A stretch of DNA of 32,000 bases from Nitrosopumilus maritimus SCM1. GTDB lineage: Archaea > Thermoproteota > Nitrososphaeria > Nitrososphaerales > Nitrosopumilaceae. The stretch's first letter is position 1; every line of letters starts with the position of its first letter. A program made the translations under genes and the position numbers. The stretch lies in contig NC_010085.1 in NCBI RefSeq assembly GCF_000018465.1, positions 870,001 to 902,000 on the forward strand, given 5' to 3'. Positions 18,605 through 30,777 of this stretch are shown here, piece by piece. Under the pieces are notes generated by a model. The model worked only from the letters and a program-made list of their open reading frames with translations. It was not told the origin of the DNA and made no database searches.

Positions 18605-18904
18605 ATGGTTCACAAGGTTCTAGTCGATGAACAGGCTTTAGGATGGGGAGAAGACAATCAAGATTTAATCCATCAAAAATACGAAAAAATATTTTTTGTC
18701 GGAACTAAACCTGCCCCACCAAAAGGTAGCAATGATAAGGAGATAGGTACATTCTGTGAAGAACAAGGATGCAACTTGATTACATCAGATTATACTGCAT
18801 ATACACATTTTTTGGAAAATCCCAGAATTAATGCGGTCCAAATTGAAAAATTCCAATACAACTCAAAAGCATCAAGACAAATCTATTTGATTAGAATTCT
18901 ATGA
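18605..18904 (+). CDS. PIN-like (DUF5615/Mut7-C-like) protein
   Basis: KVLVDEQALG...SNDKEIGTFCEEQGCNLITSDYTAYTHFL resembles the DE...SD.EI...G..LIT.D pattern of the family. Confidence 0.55.
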   Translation: MVHKVLVDEQALGWGEDNQDLIHQKYEKIFFVGTKPAPPKGSNDKEIGTFCEEQGCNLITSDYTAYTHFLENPRINAVQIEKFQYNSKASRQIYLIRIL

Positions 18905-18934
18905 GTTTTGGACCAGATATAAAATAAAAAAATG

Positions 18935-18964
18935 TGTTGCTAGCCGAGTAAACCGCTAGCAACA
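18935..18964 (-). terminator. Hairpin plus U-tract at the end of the small TM gene
   Basis: tgttgctagc-N10-gctagcaaca perfect 10-bp inverted repeat; on the minus strand it is followed by CATTTTTTTATTTTAT. Confidence 0.5.
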
Positions 18965-19089
18965 AAGTAGGCACCTGCACCCATTCCCATTACTGCACCG
19001 ATTGCCATGCAGATGAGGTCGAATTTTACGACCTTTTTGAATGGGGCGTGAACCATTTTATCCCAGTTTGAGATTTGTTGTGTTTTCAT
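18940..19089 (-). CDS. Small single-TM protein (49 aa)
   Basis: MKTQQISNWDKMVHAPFKKVVKFDLICMAIGAVMGMGAGAYFVASGLLG; ATG...TAG, one glycine-rich TM segment; not in the ORF track. Confidence 0.75.
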   Translation of the reverse strand: MKTQQISNWDKMVHAPFKKVVKFDLICMAIGAVMGMGAGAYFVASGLLG

Positions 19090-19142
19090 GATACTAGTTG
19101 CACATAGTTGAACATAGATTCTGGTAAAACCAAGTCATTACA

Positions 19143-19162
19143 GGTAAGCTTGAAAGCTTACC
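19143..19162. promoter_or_regulatory. 20-bp palindrome GGTAAGCTTGAAAGCTTACC (putative operator)
   Basis: Perfect 9-bp arms with 2-nt centre, in the gap between divergent small genes. Confidence 0.6.
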
Positions 19163-19195
19163 GCACTCTATGATGTGGCAAATCTACACCATATC

Positions 19196-19411
19196 ATGAA
19201 AACAAGTATCAAAGCAATGTTTGTGATTATGGCAATCTTGTCGTATCACTTTGTTGCATCAGATAAAATGGAAGAAAAGAGTCCTCAGGCATTTTGGACT
19301 TCAATCTCTTATGTTACATGTGAAGGAGGATCATGTGAGGAGAAAGGAGATCACAGACACGAACACAAAAAGAAGAAGAGTTTGAGAACTTTGCAGGGAA
19401 TTTACATTTGA
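19196..19411 (+). CDS. Small exported Cys/His-rich protein (71 aa from the internal ATG; ORF track start at 19175)
   Basis: MKTSIKAMFVIMAILSYHFVASDKMEEK...YVTCEGGSCEEKGDHRHEHKKKK; signal/TM segment and possible metal-binding tail. Confidence 0.55.
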   Translation: MKTSIKAMFVIMAILSYHFVASDKMEEKSPQAFWTSISYVTCEGGSCEEKGDHRHEHKKKKSLRTLQGIYI

Positions 19412-20212
19412 TTACTCTTTTAGTTTGCTTTCTTTGAATATATCAGAGCCATACCAACAATATCTAAAATAGTCAAGACACCATTCATGGAACATTGGGT
19501 CATCAGAATAGAGCATCTCACTAATGTCAGACTCACCATCCAATGTAGGAAACATTATGCAGGCTTCTTTTTCGTTTAGAACAACTACTGTTTTGACATC
19601 CTTTTCCATCTTTCTTTCAACGAGTCCCTTTTCCATAAGCTTGTCAAATCCAAGTTTTTTTAGCAATGTCTTTCTTCCCTTTGGAACGACAGCAGACTCT
19701 GAAAAGATATAGTTGAATCGTATACCCTTCTTGACTCTTTTTACAAGCGGTTCAATAAGATCAAGTGGAACTTCAGATAAAATCTCATAGACGTATTCAT
19801 CAGAATTTTTGTATATAGTCTTCCAGGTTTCTAAAACTTTGGATACTCCCTTTACATATTGGGAGTTTGCTAATTGTCCACAACGCATTTGAAACTTGTG
19901 TGGGACATCACCAAAATTGTGTTCTTCAAAATATTTTCTGTTTTGTGACAAAAACACAAGTGATGGGACCTGTGTGCATACAACTTGACCAAATGTTGTA
20001 AGAGAGTACGTTCCTCCAACATTTTTCTTTATCAATCCGGCTTTTTCCAATCTTGAAAAATTTCTGTGTACTTCTTGTTTTGTAGAGTCGATGCTTTTGG
20101 CAAAAGCAGTAGGGGTGGATTGTTTTGTTAGCAATCCAATCAGTATGCTTAATCTCTGAGAGCTTGCAAGCTCCAAGACATAATCTGCAGTCTCATCAAT
20201 CAAGTCAGCCAT
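19412..20212 (-). CDS. HTH transcriptional regulator, FilR1/DUF1724-like
   Basis: N-terminal wHTH (QRLSILIGLLTKQSTPTAFAKSIDSTKQEVHRNFSRLEKAGLIKKNVGGTYSLTTFGQVV) and C-terminal FNYIFSESAVVPKGRKTLLKKLGF...DPMFHEWCLDYFRYCWYGS. Confidence 0.8.
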   Translation of the reverse strand: MADLIDETADYVLELASSQRLSILIGLLTKQSTPTAFAKSIDSTKQEVHRNFSRLEKAGLIKKNVGGTYSLTTFGQVVCTQVPSLVFLSQNRKYFEEHNFGDVPHKFQMRCGQLANSQYVKGVSKVLETWKTIYKNSDEYVYEILSEVPLDLIEPLVKRVKKGIRFNYIFSESAVVPKGRKTLLKKLGFDKLMEKGLVERKMEKDVKTVVVLNEKEACIMFPTLDGESDISEMLYSDDPMFHEWCLDYFRYCWYGSDIFKESKLKE

Positions 20213-20295
20213 GAAAGACTCACCATTTTGTTTCCTAAAAAACTAGTTGGAAATAAGCTAAAACTAAGGAAATGATTTGGTGAGGCGTATCACAA

Positions 20296-20315
20296 AGTCA
20301 GCTTGATAGCTGACT
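20296..20315. promoter_or_regulatory. 20-bp palindrome AGTCAGCTTGATAGCTGACT (putative operator)
   Basis: Perfect 8-bp arms with 4-nt centre; 15/20 identical to the 19143 site. Confidence 0.6.
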
Positions 20316-20437
20316 AGGGTATATGTTCAAAAGTAACGTAACTATACTATGCGAGAACACACTGTCACCCTAGACAAGTTACAGAACTGTGAAATTTTTG
20401 TCACAAGTTCTCGCTATATTATAGGAGTGAAAATGAA

Positions 20438-20620
20438 TTGCGAGTAGAGAGTTGTAGAAAATGTGGTACAGAATTAGAAATTAGACAAAACTGTTCTGTA
20501 TGCAAAGAACCAAAAAAATTTGAATGTAAAAATTGCAAGGTTGAGACAGATGAGCAAATTCACTCCATATGCAGACTAGTTGACATGAACTATACACCAA
20601 CAATATCAGAGGTTGCATAA
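20438..20620 (+). CDS. Small double zinc-ribbon-type protein (60 aa, TTG start)
   Basis: CRKCGTELEIRQNCSVCKEPKKFECKNCKVETDEQIHSIC. Confidence 0.65.
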   Translation: MRVESCRKCGTELEIRQNCSVCKEPKKFECKNCKVETDEQIHSICRLVDMNYTPTISEVA

Positions 20621-20841
20621 TGTCAAGAGAATCTGATCCTCACCCATCATGTATTGGAAAATGCATAAAATTTCAAGCACAAAAACCAAAGGTGGGAAAA
20701 AGATACCAGTTGGGTCAGAAACTATGCCAAGCATGTGATCAATGGATACTATATGATGGAGTGATGTGTCCTTGTTGCCATCACCGACTTAGAACTAGAC
20801 CAAGATGCAAGAAATACAAAGTTGAGGTTGCACGAATTTAG
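20620..20841 (+). CDS. Small Cys-rich zinc-binding protein (73 aa)
   Basis: CIGKCIKF...KLCQACDQWILYDGVMCPCCHHRLRTRPRCKKY; start codon overlaps the stop of the upstream gene. Confidence 0.75.
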   Translation: MSRESDPHPSCIGKCIKFQAQKPKVGKRYQLGQKLCQACDQWILYDGVMCPCCHHRLRTRPRCKKYKVEVARI

Positions 20842-20843
20842 TT

Positions 20844-21875
20844 TTAAGGAATGTCATTAGTACATTCACCTACATGTTTTATTGTAACATGGCTTGATGC
20901 AATTGCACATTTGTTTCCATATGTTTTCCCATCAACTCCACAGACAGGTGCATACTCTAAAGTGCATGCAAATACTGGAAGAGGTATTTGCCATCCACGT
21001 TGTTCAAGATTCTTTGCTGTTTCAGAAGTTACACATGCAGGTGAGCCGTCATGAGATTTGAAAATCAGATTCAGTTCTTCAGCACATATTACATCTGCAG
21101 ATGAAATACCAGCATCTCCTTGTTGAGATGGTCTAAGATATGGTTGTTTTACTCCATCCATGACACATACTTTGCCAGGATATATCCCAGGACCACATCT
21201 ATCATTTAGGACACATATTTCTCCAAGCGACACAAATCCTGGAGCACATACTCCTTTGTATGGAATGTGTTTTGCAAATGATTTTTGGTCTAAAATTTCA
21301 ATTAACTCATATTTTTTGCTAGATGCATCAGCTGGAGGACTCTCTACATCAGTGACTTTTACAGAAATTTTGTAAGACTTTCCTTCAGCATAATCAAATC
21401 CTTGGATAGAATCATAGAAATTTTGCCAGTTAGAATTAGGATCTTCACGGATTTGCATGCATTTCATAGGTCCTACACCAACACAGTCAACCAGACTTGA
21501 ATCAACATGGAAGATTTTAGTCTCGTAAGGAACTTCTAATCCCAACTCTATTCTAACTTGTTTTCGTAACTCATCAAGTTCCTCTACTGGAATCTGTAGA
21601 CTGACCATTTTTCTAATCTGGTTCATCAAGACTAGTCCTTCTTGATCATGAGATAGTTGGTTTCCTGTTTCCTCAAATGCATAATATGCCTTCATGATTT
21701 CAAGGCGTTGACGGGTATCATCTTCATCAGGGTTGTTCATCCAATTCTCAACCATAACTTTGAGTTCTTGTTGATTAATTGAGGAATAGTTTTCAGAGAT
21801 TGTTTCATCTGCAAAAGAATTTGAAATTGCAAATGTGCCTAACAAAAATAATGAAATAGCAATAATTAGTTTCAT
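20844..21875 (-). CDS. Secreted protein with C-terminal Kazal-type domain
   Basis: Signal peptide [22 protein letters not shown]; [38 protein letters not shown]. Confidence 0.85.
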   Translation of the reverse strand: MKLIIAISLFLLGTFAISNSFADETISENYSSINQQELKVMVENWMNNPDEDDTRQRLEIMKAYYAFEETGNQLSHDQEGLVLMNQIRKMVSLQIPVEELDELRKQVRIELGLEVPYETKIFHVDSSLVDCVGVGPMKCMQIREDPNSNWQNFYDSIQGFDYAEGKSYKISVKVTDVESPPADASSKKYELIEILDQKSFAKHIPYKGVCAPGFVSLGEICVLNDRCGPGIYPGKVCVMDGVKQPYLRPSQQGDAGISSADVICAEELNLIFKSHDGSPACVTSETAKNLEQRGWQIPLPVFACTLEYAPVCGVDGKTYGNKCAIASSHVTIKHVGECTNDIP

Positions 21876-22033
21876 GAAAAATCTAAGAAATAGTAGTTAA
21901 TAGGGTTTGATGAAAATGAGATTTTACCAACATGGATTCAAATCTTTAGAGGTTTTAACCTTTAATGATAAAGCAAGACCATAATCCAAATCATGTTTTA
22001 CAAGTATTGGTTTAACTCTACAAAACAGAATCC

Positions 22034-22738
22034 TTGATAAAACACATTACAATCCCAATATTGTTGGACAAAGCTTTGCTTGATAAAGTTCAAGAACTTT
22101 TGATTCTTGGCATTGGTGATGAAGGTAGATTAAGACATATCAAAAGTATGTTAGAACAAGATCTAAAACTATACGCTTCAGATGCAAAATATTTGGAGAA
22201 TCTCATCCAAACCCATTTGCCTGATTCTGAAAATACTGATTTGAAAAATGATACAAAAAAAGAAACTACTCAAAATAAGACTCTACAAAATAACAGTAAT
22301 GAGAATAAACCAAATTCTACAAAACCTAATGAAATTCGTGTTACTTCCACAAGAAATTACGTGAGACCTTTAGGTGTAACTATCATTGCTATTTTGGAAA
22401 TTATTTCTGGAATTTCTTCAATAGTAATTGGTGCAGTTTTCAGTATGTTGGTGGGCTTTGTTGGTGCAGATGTTTTTGATATGATTGGTACTAGTATTAT
22501 GGGAATTGTCAGTGGCACCATGGTTGCTATGGGCGTAGTAGCTTTTGTTTTGGCTTGGGGATTACTCAAAGGAAAATCATGGGCATGGACTGTTACTCTA
22601 ATTTTTACTATTCTCAATGTGATTATCAGCATTCCATCAATGAATCCAATTAGTCTAGCAATTAACTTTGTAATATTGTACTACTTGTATCGTCCACATG
22701 TCAAAGCATACTTTGGCAAAGGTGCAGAAATATTGTAA
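22034..22738 (+). CDS. Membrane protein with Asn-rich cytoplasmic linker
   Basis: About four hydrophobic segments after a charged/Asn-rich N-terminal half; TTG start. Confidence 0.7.
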   Translation: MIKHITIPILLDKALLDKVQELLILGIGDEGRLRHIKSMLEQDLKLYASDAKYLENLIQTHLPDSENTDLKNDTKKETTQNKTLQNNSNENKPNSTKPNEIRVTSTRNYVRPLGVTIIAILEIISGISSIVIGAVFSMLVGFVGADVFDMIGTSIMGIVSGTMVAMGVVAFVLAWGLLKGKSWAWTVTLIFTILNVIISIPSMNPISLAINFVILYYLYRPHVKAYFGKGAEIL

Positions 22739-23078
22739 TGTTAATCAGAATCAAAAATAAAAAAATTCTCAGACGTCACATAATTGAACTACTAGAAAAG
22801 TCAGATTTTCTTTAACCATTACTTTGAAGAATTTACCAACAGATCTATTAGCAACCTTCGATCTGTTCTCTTGATGTCTGAAAACCAAAAACAATGGTGG
22901 GTAGGATTAGCAGATGAACTGCAAAACGACATTGAGTTAGAAGAATAAAATCAAAGCTTAGTGTCCACTAGGGATTTTTAATTCACAAAAAATTCTATAG
23001 CTTTCGCTAAGAGTGATTAAAAATAAAATCATCGTACAAGTCGTGTATATTCCACTTTGATGAATAAAATGATTCATC

Positions 23079-23106
23079 GCGCATAGTCTCTATGTAAGTG
23101 GCTGAA
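23079..23106 (-). promoter_or_regulatory. 3' arm of the 23S pre-rRNA processing stem (BHB-like)
   Basis: gcgcatagtctctatgtaagtggctgaa pairs with 26093-26120. Confidence 0.75.
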
Positions 23107-23109
23107 CCG

Positions 23110-26090
<2,981 letters not shown>

Positions 26091-26092
26091 AA

Positions 26093-26120
26093 TTCAGCCA
26101 CATATTACACGACTATGCAC
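26093..26120 (-). promoter_or_regulatory. 5' arm of the 23S pre-rRNA processing stem (BHB-like)
   Basis: ttcagccacatattacacgactatgcac pairs with 23079-23106, leaving 3-nt bulges on opposite strands. Confidence 0.75.
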
Positions 26121-26201
26121 GACGATCATTGCAGGTCTCCTGGCAGAGACCCACTACATCCTTCATACATCACTTTTGGTGATGCATTGCATCGATGATT
26201 T

Positions 26202-26223
26202 GATGTGAAGATTAGTGCATCCG
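26202..26223 (-). promoter_or_regulatory. 3' arm of the 16S pre-rRNA processing stem
   Basis: gatgtgaagattagtgcatccg is complementary to 27766-27788 with one extra nucleotide. Confidence 0.8.
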
Positions 26224-26238
26224 TACACTTTCCTTATC

Positions 26239-27712
<1,474 letters not shown>

Positions 27713-27765
27713 TGAATTTTTGATTTTTGATTATTGAAGTACATTTGTACTTTAATTGGAATTGA

Positions 27766-27788
27766 CGGATGCACATAATCTTCACATC
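27766..27788 (-). promoter_or_regulatory. 5' arm of the 16S pre-rRNA processing stem
   Basis: cggatgcacataatcttcacatc is the partner of 26202-26223. Confidence 0.8.
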
Positions 27789-27994
27789 TCAGATATTGAT
27801 CACTTGATCAAAGTCCTCATTTTTGTATGCGTAACTGGAGGCCCACGAATCACAAAATGGTATATTACCATACTTCATCGCAAGCGCCGCCTATTGCGTT
27901 ACGTATGCAAAAGCATCACATGCCAGAATCCATATAAACCATGCGAGAAATTATGCCTGATCGACCCTATTTCTTGTAAAAATTACAATGTTAC

Positions 27995-28056
27995 AACTAT
28001 GCAGAACTATGCAGTTTTGGAAAAATTGAGCCTGATAACTATGCCAAACTATGCCA
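27995..28056. repeat. Two pairs of 10-bp tandem direct repeats (AACTATGCAG x2, AACTATGCCA x2)
   Basis: Read directly at 27995, 28005, 28037 and 28047. Confidence 0.9.
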
Positions 28057-28087
28057 TTTTCAATGTTAAAATGATAGAAGGAATTTT

Positions 28088-29395
28088 GTGAATTTGCTTT
28101 TGGATTACATCAAAGAATACAAAAAGAAAACAAAGACATCAGCAAAACTATTTTCAAAATCAGCTAAACTGCATGTCAATGGTGTTTCTCATAACATAAG
28201 ATTTTATGAACCATATCCATTTGTTGTAAAAAAATCTGCAGGAAAAAATTTGGTAGATGTTGACTCTAACAAGTATACTGATTACTGGATGGGTCATTGG
28301 GCTTTGATTTTGGGACATGGTCCAAATAGTGTGAAAAAGAATCTGCAAAAACAAATTGAGAAAAGCTGGATGTATGGAACGGTAAATGAGCAGACGATTC
28401 AACTTTCAGAATTAATTTCAAAGGCAGTTCCAGTAGCAGAAAAAATTCGTTATGTTACATCTGGAACTGAAGCTACAATGTATGCAGTAAGATTGGCCCG
28501 TTCAGTTTCAGGCAGAAAAGTGATTGCCAAGATAGATGGAGGATGGCACGGATATACATCGGATTTACTAAAGTCAGTAAATTGGCCATTTTCAGAATCT
28601 GAAAGTTCCGGAGTTGTAAATGAAGAACAGATTGTTTCAATTCCTTACAATGATTTAGAAAAGTCATTATCCATTTTGAAAAAATATTCCAAGGACTTGG
28701 CAGGAGTAATCATTGAACCAGTATTAGGTGGAGGGGGATGCATTCCAGCGGATTCAGAATACTTGAAAGGAGTTCAGGAATTTTGTAAGAAGAATAATTC
28801 ATTGTTTATCCTAGATGAGATAGTTACTGGATTTCGATTCAGGTTTGGATGTCTATACCCTACAATGAAACTTGATCCAGACATTGTTACTTTGGGAAAA
28901 ATTGTTGGAGGAGGATTATCAATTGGTGTGATGTGTGGCAAAAAGGAAATCATGGAAGCAGCAGACACTACAGGAAAGAAAAAATCAGAGAGAAGTTATG
29001 TTGGAGGAGGTACGTTTTCAGCCAATCCAGCCTCAATGGTGGCAGGATATTCAACTCTAGATTATCTAAAATCAAAAAAGACAGTTTATTCAAAAATCAA
29101 TGATTTGGGCAAATTTGCCAGAAAAGAGATTGGCAAGGCTTTTGATGGCAAAGTAGCAGTTACTGGAAAAGGCTCTCTGTTTATGACTCACTTTTTACAA
29201 AACGGCATATCAGAGATTAGAAACTCTGCAGATGCCGCAAAATGTAATGGAGGGCTATTGGCAAAATATCATTTCAAAATGATTGCCCATGATGGAATCT
29301 TCTTTTTGCCAGGCAAACTAGGGGCAATATCAAATGCACATTCTAAAGAAGATATCAAGAAGATTGTAAAGGCATCAGAAGAATTTACTTGTTAG
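28088..29395 (+). CDS. Class III PLP aminotransferase, glutamate-1-semialdehyde aminomutase-like (GTG start)
   Basis: [74 protein letters not shown]. Confidence 0.88.
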   Translation: MNLLLDYIKEYKKKTKTSAKLFSKSAKLHVNGVSHNIRFYEPYPFVVKKSAGKNLVDVDSNKYTDYWMGHWALILGHGPNSVKKNLQKQIEKSWMYGTVNEQTIQLSELISKAVPVAEKIRYVTSGTEATMYAVRLARSVSGRKVIAKIDGGWHGYTSDLLKSVNWPFSESESSGVVNEEQIVSIPYNDLEKSLSILKKYSKDLAGVIIEPVLGGGGCIPADSEYLKGVQEFCKKNNSLFILDEIVTGFRFRFGCLYPTMKLDPDIVTLGKIVGGGLSIGVMCGKKEIMEAADTTGKKKSERSYVGGGTFSANPASMVAGYSTLDYLKSKKTVYSKINDLGKFARKEIGKAFDGKVAVTGKGSLFMTHFLQNGISEIRNSADAAKCNGGLLAKYHFKMIAHDGIFFLPGKLGAISNAHSKEDIKKIVKASEEFTC

Positions 29396-29798
29396 AGTCA
29401 TTTGGAAAAAATTCTGATTTCCAAGATTTGAGTTTTGCAAAAATATCCATGTATTCAGAGGATTTTACGGTAATGTGGACATGGGTATACAACTCTCCAA
29501 ACTGAGACTCAAATATCATCCTGCATTCATCCTTGAAAAAAGGAACAGATATGCCAATCTTTTTGAGATGAGAAAATTCAAAATCCTGGATTATAATTGA
29601 CTTGCCAGAAACTGTAATTTTCTTTGGTTCAGCATTTTTGGAGACAGTCTCATCGAGTTTCTGTTTTACAGAATCATCCCACAGTGGAGTGTCATGAGGC
29701 CATCTGTGTACAAAGACTTTTTCAGCTAGAAAAGAAACTTCAGACAATATCAGAATTAATTTGCATGTTTTTATAAAATAACTGATCTCAAAAACCAT
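29385..29798 (-). CDS. Hypothetical protein (137 aa; true start possibly further in)
   Basis: Uninterrupted ORF convergent with the aminotransferase; no recognised domain. Confidence 0.5.
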   Translation of the reverse strand: MVFEISYFIKTCKLILILSEVSFLAEKVFVHRWPHDTPLWDDSVKQKLDETVSKNAEPKKITVSGKSIIIQDFEFSHLKKIGISVPFFKDECRMIFESQFGELYTHVHITVKSSEYMDIFAKLKSWKSEFFPNDSNK

Positions 29799-29919
29799 GG
29801 AAAAGAAAAAAGAGGAAAAAGAGGCCTATGCCACAGAGGACCCAACTAAAGCAGATGCAAAATCTCAAGAAGACTTGGCAAGAGAGGCAATCAAGAAATT
29901 CAAATCATTGAATAATTAG
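29797..29919 (+). CDS. Small charged protein (40 aa)
   Basis: [40 protein letters not shown]; ATG...TAG just upstream of the TPR gene. Confidence 0.45.
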   Translation: MEKKKEEKEAYATEDPTKADAKSQEDLAREAIKKFKSLNN

Positions 29920-29955
29920 CAAGATTTGATTATAGAATAAAGGTTGTAGAAAATT

Positions 29956-30777
29956 ATGGGATTGTTTGGAAAAAAAGAAGACCCTGAAGATTTGATGTAC
30001 GAGGGTGTGGGCATGATGGAAAAGAATCAGCCAAAGGCAGCCATTTCATTTTTCAACAAGGTCCTAAAACAAGAGCCAGAAAATACAGAGGCATTACTTC
30101 AAAAGGGGTTGGCATTAAACTTGATAAAAAAATACCAAGATGCAATTACTTGTTTTGATAAATTAATAGAAATTGATCCTAAAGATGCCCAAGCCCTAAA
30201 CAACAGAGGAATATCCATGGCAGAGACAGGCAACATCCAGGGGGCTGCAGAATATTATGACAGGGCAATTGAGGCAGATTCCAAATATGCATCAGCTTAT
30301 TTCAACAAAGGCGTACTACTAGACAAACTCCAAGAACATGAAGAGGCATTAACAGTTTTAGAAAAAGCAATAACAATTGATCCAAGAAAGCCAAATGCCA
30401 TGATCTACAAGGGAATAGTTCTAGGTAAACTCAAAAGAAACGAAGAGGCATTGAATTGCTTTTCAAATGTTTGCAAAAAATATCCAAACAATTTGGATGC
30501 ATTTTTCCAAAAAGGAGTTCAGCTAGCTGAATTAGACCAACATAAAAAAGCACTAGATGTGTTTGATGAACTCTTAAAAAAATACAAAGACAACGTGAAT
30601 GTGATTTATGCAAAATCACGCAGTATGGCAGCACTTGAAAAGTATCCTGAATCACTAGAATTACTAAAACAAGCAGTATCCAAAAGTCCCAAAGTTATTC
30701 GAGCATGGGCAAAAGAAGAGCCAATTTTCACAAAATTGCACAGTAATGATGAATTTAGAAAGATTGTAAAACTATAG
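29956..30777 (+). CDS. TPR-repeat protein
   Basis: Repeated 34-residue units such as AKDAQALNNRGISMAETGNIQGAAEYYDRAIEADSKYASAYFNKGVLLDKLQEHEEALTVLEKAI. Confidence 0.92.
   Translation: MGLFGKKEDPEDLMYEGVGMMEKNQPKAAISFFNKVLKQEPENTEALLQKGLALNLIKKYQDAITCFDKLIEIDPKDAQALNNRGISMAETGNIQGAAEYYDRAIEADSKYASAYFNKGVLLDKLQEHEEALTVLEKAITIDPRKPNAMIYKGIVLGKLKRNEEALNCFSNVCKKYPNNLDAFFQKGVQLAELDQHKKALDVFDELLKKYKDNVNVIYAKSRSMAALEKYPESLELLKQAVSKSPKVIRAWAKEEPIFTKLHSNDEFRKIVKL

Noticed and set aside
22738-22950. Possible frameshifted remnant (MLIRIKNKKILRRHIIELLEKSDFL* and ...FNHYFEEFTNRSISNLRSVLLMSENQKQWWVGLADELQNDIELEE*)
   Set aside because: Fragments are too short and share no recognised family, so a pseudogene claim cannot be supported from the sequence alone.
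27756-28091. 111-aa plus-strand ORF upstream of the aminotransferase
   Set aside because: It overlaps the pre-16S processing arm and the repeat/regulatory region; composition is atypical with no domain signal.
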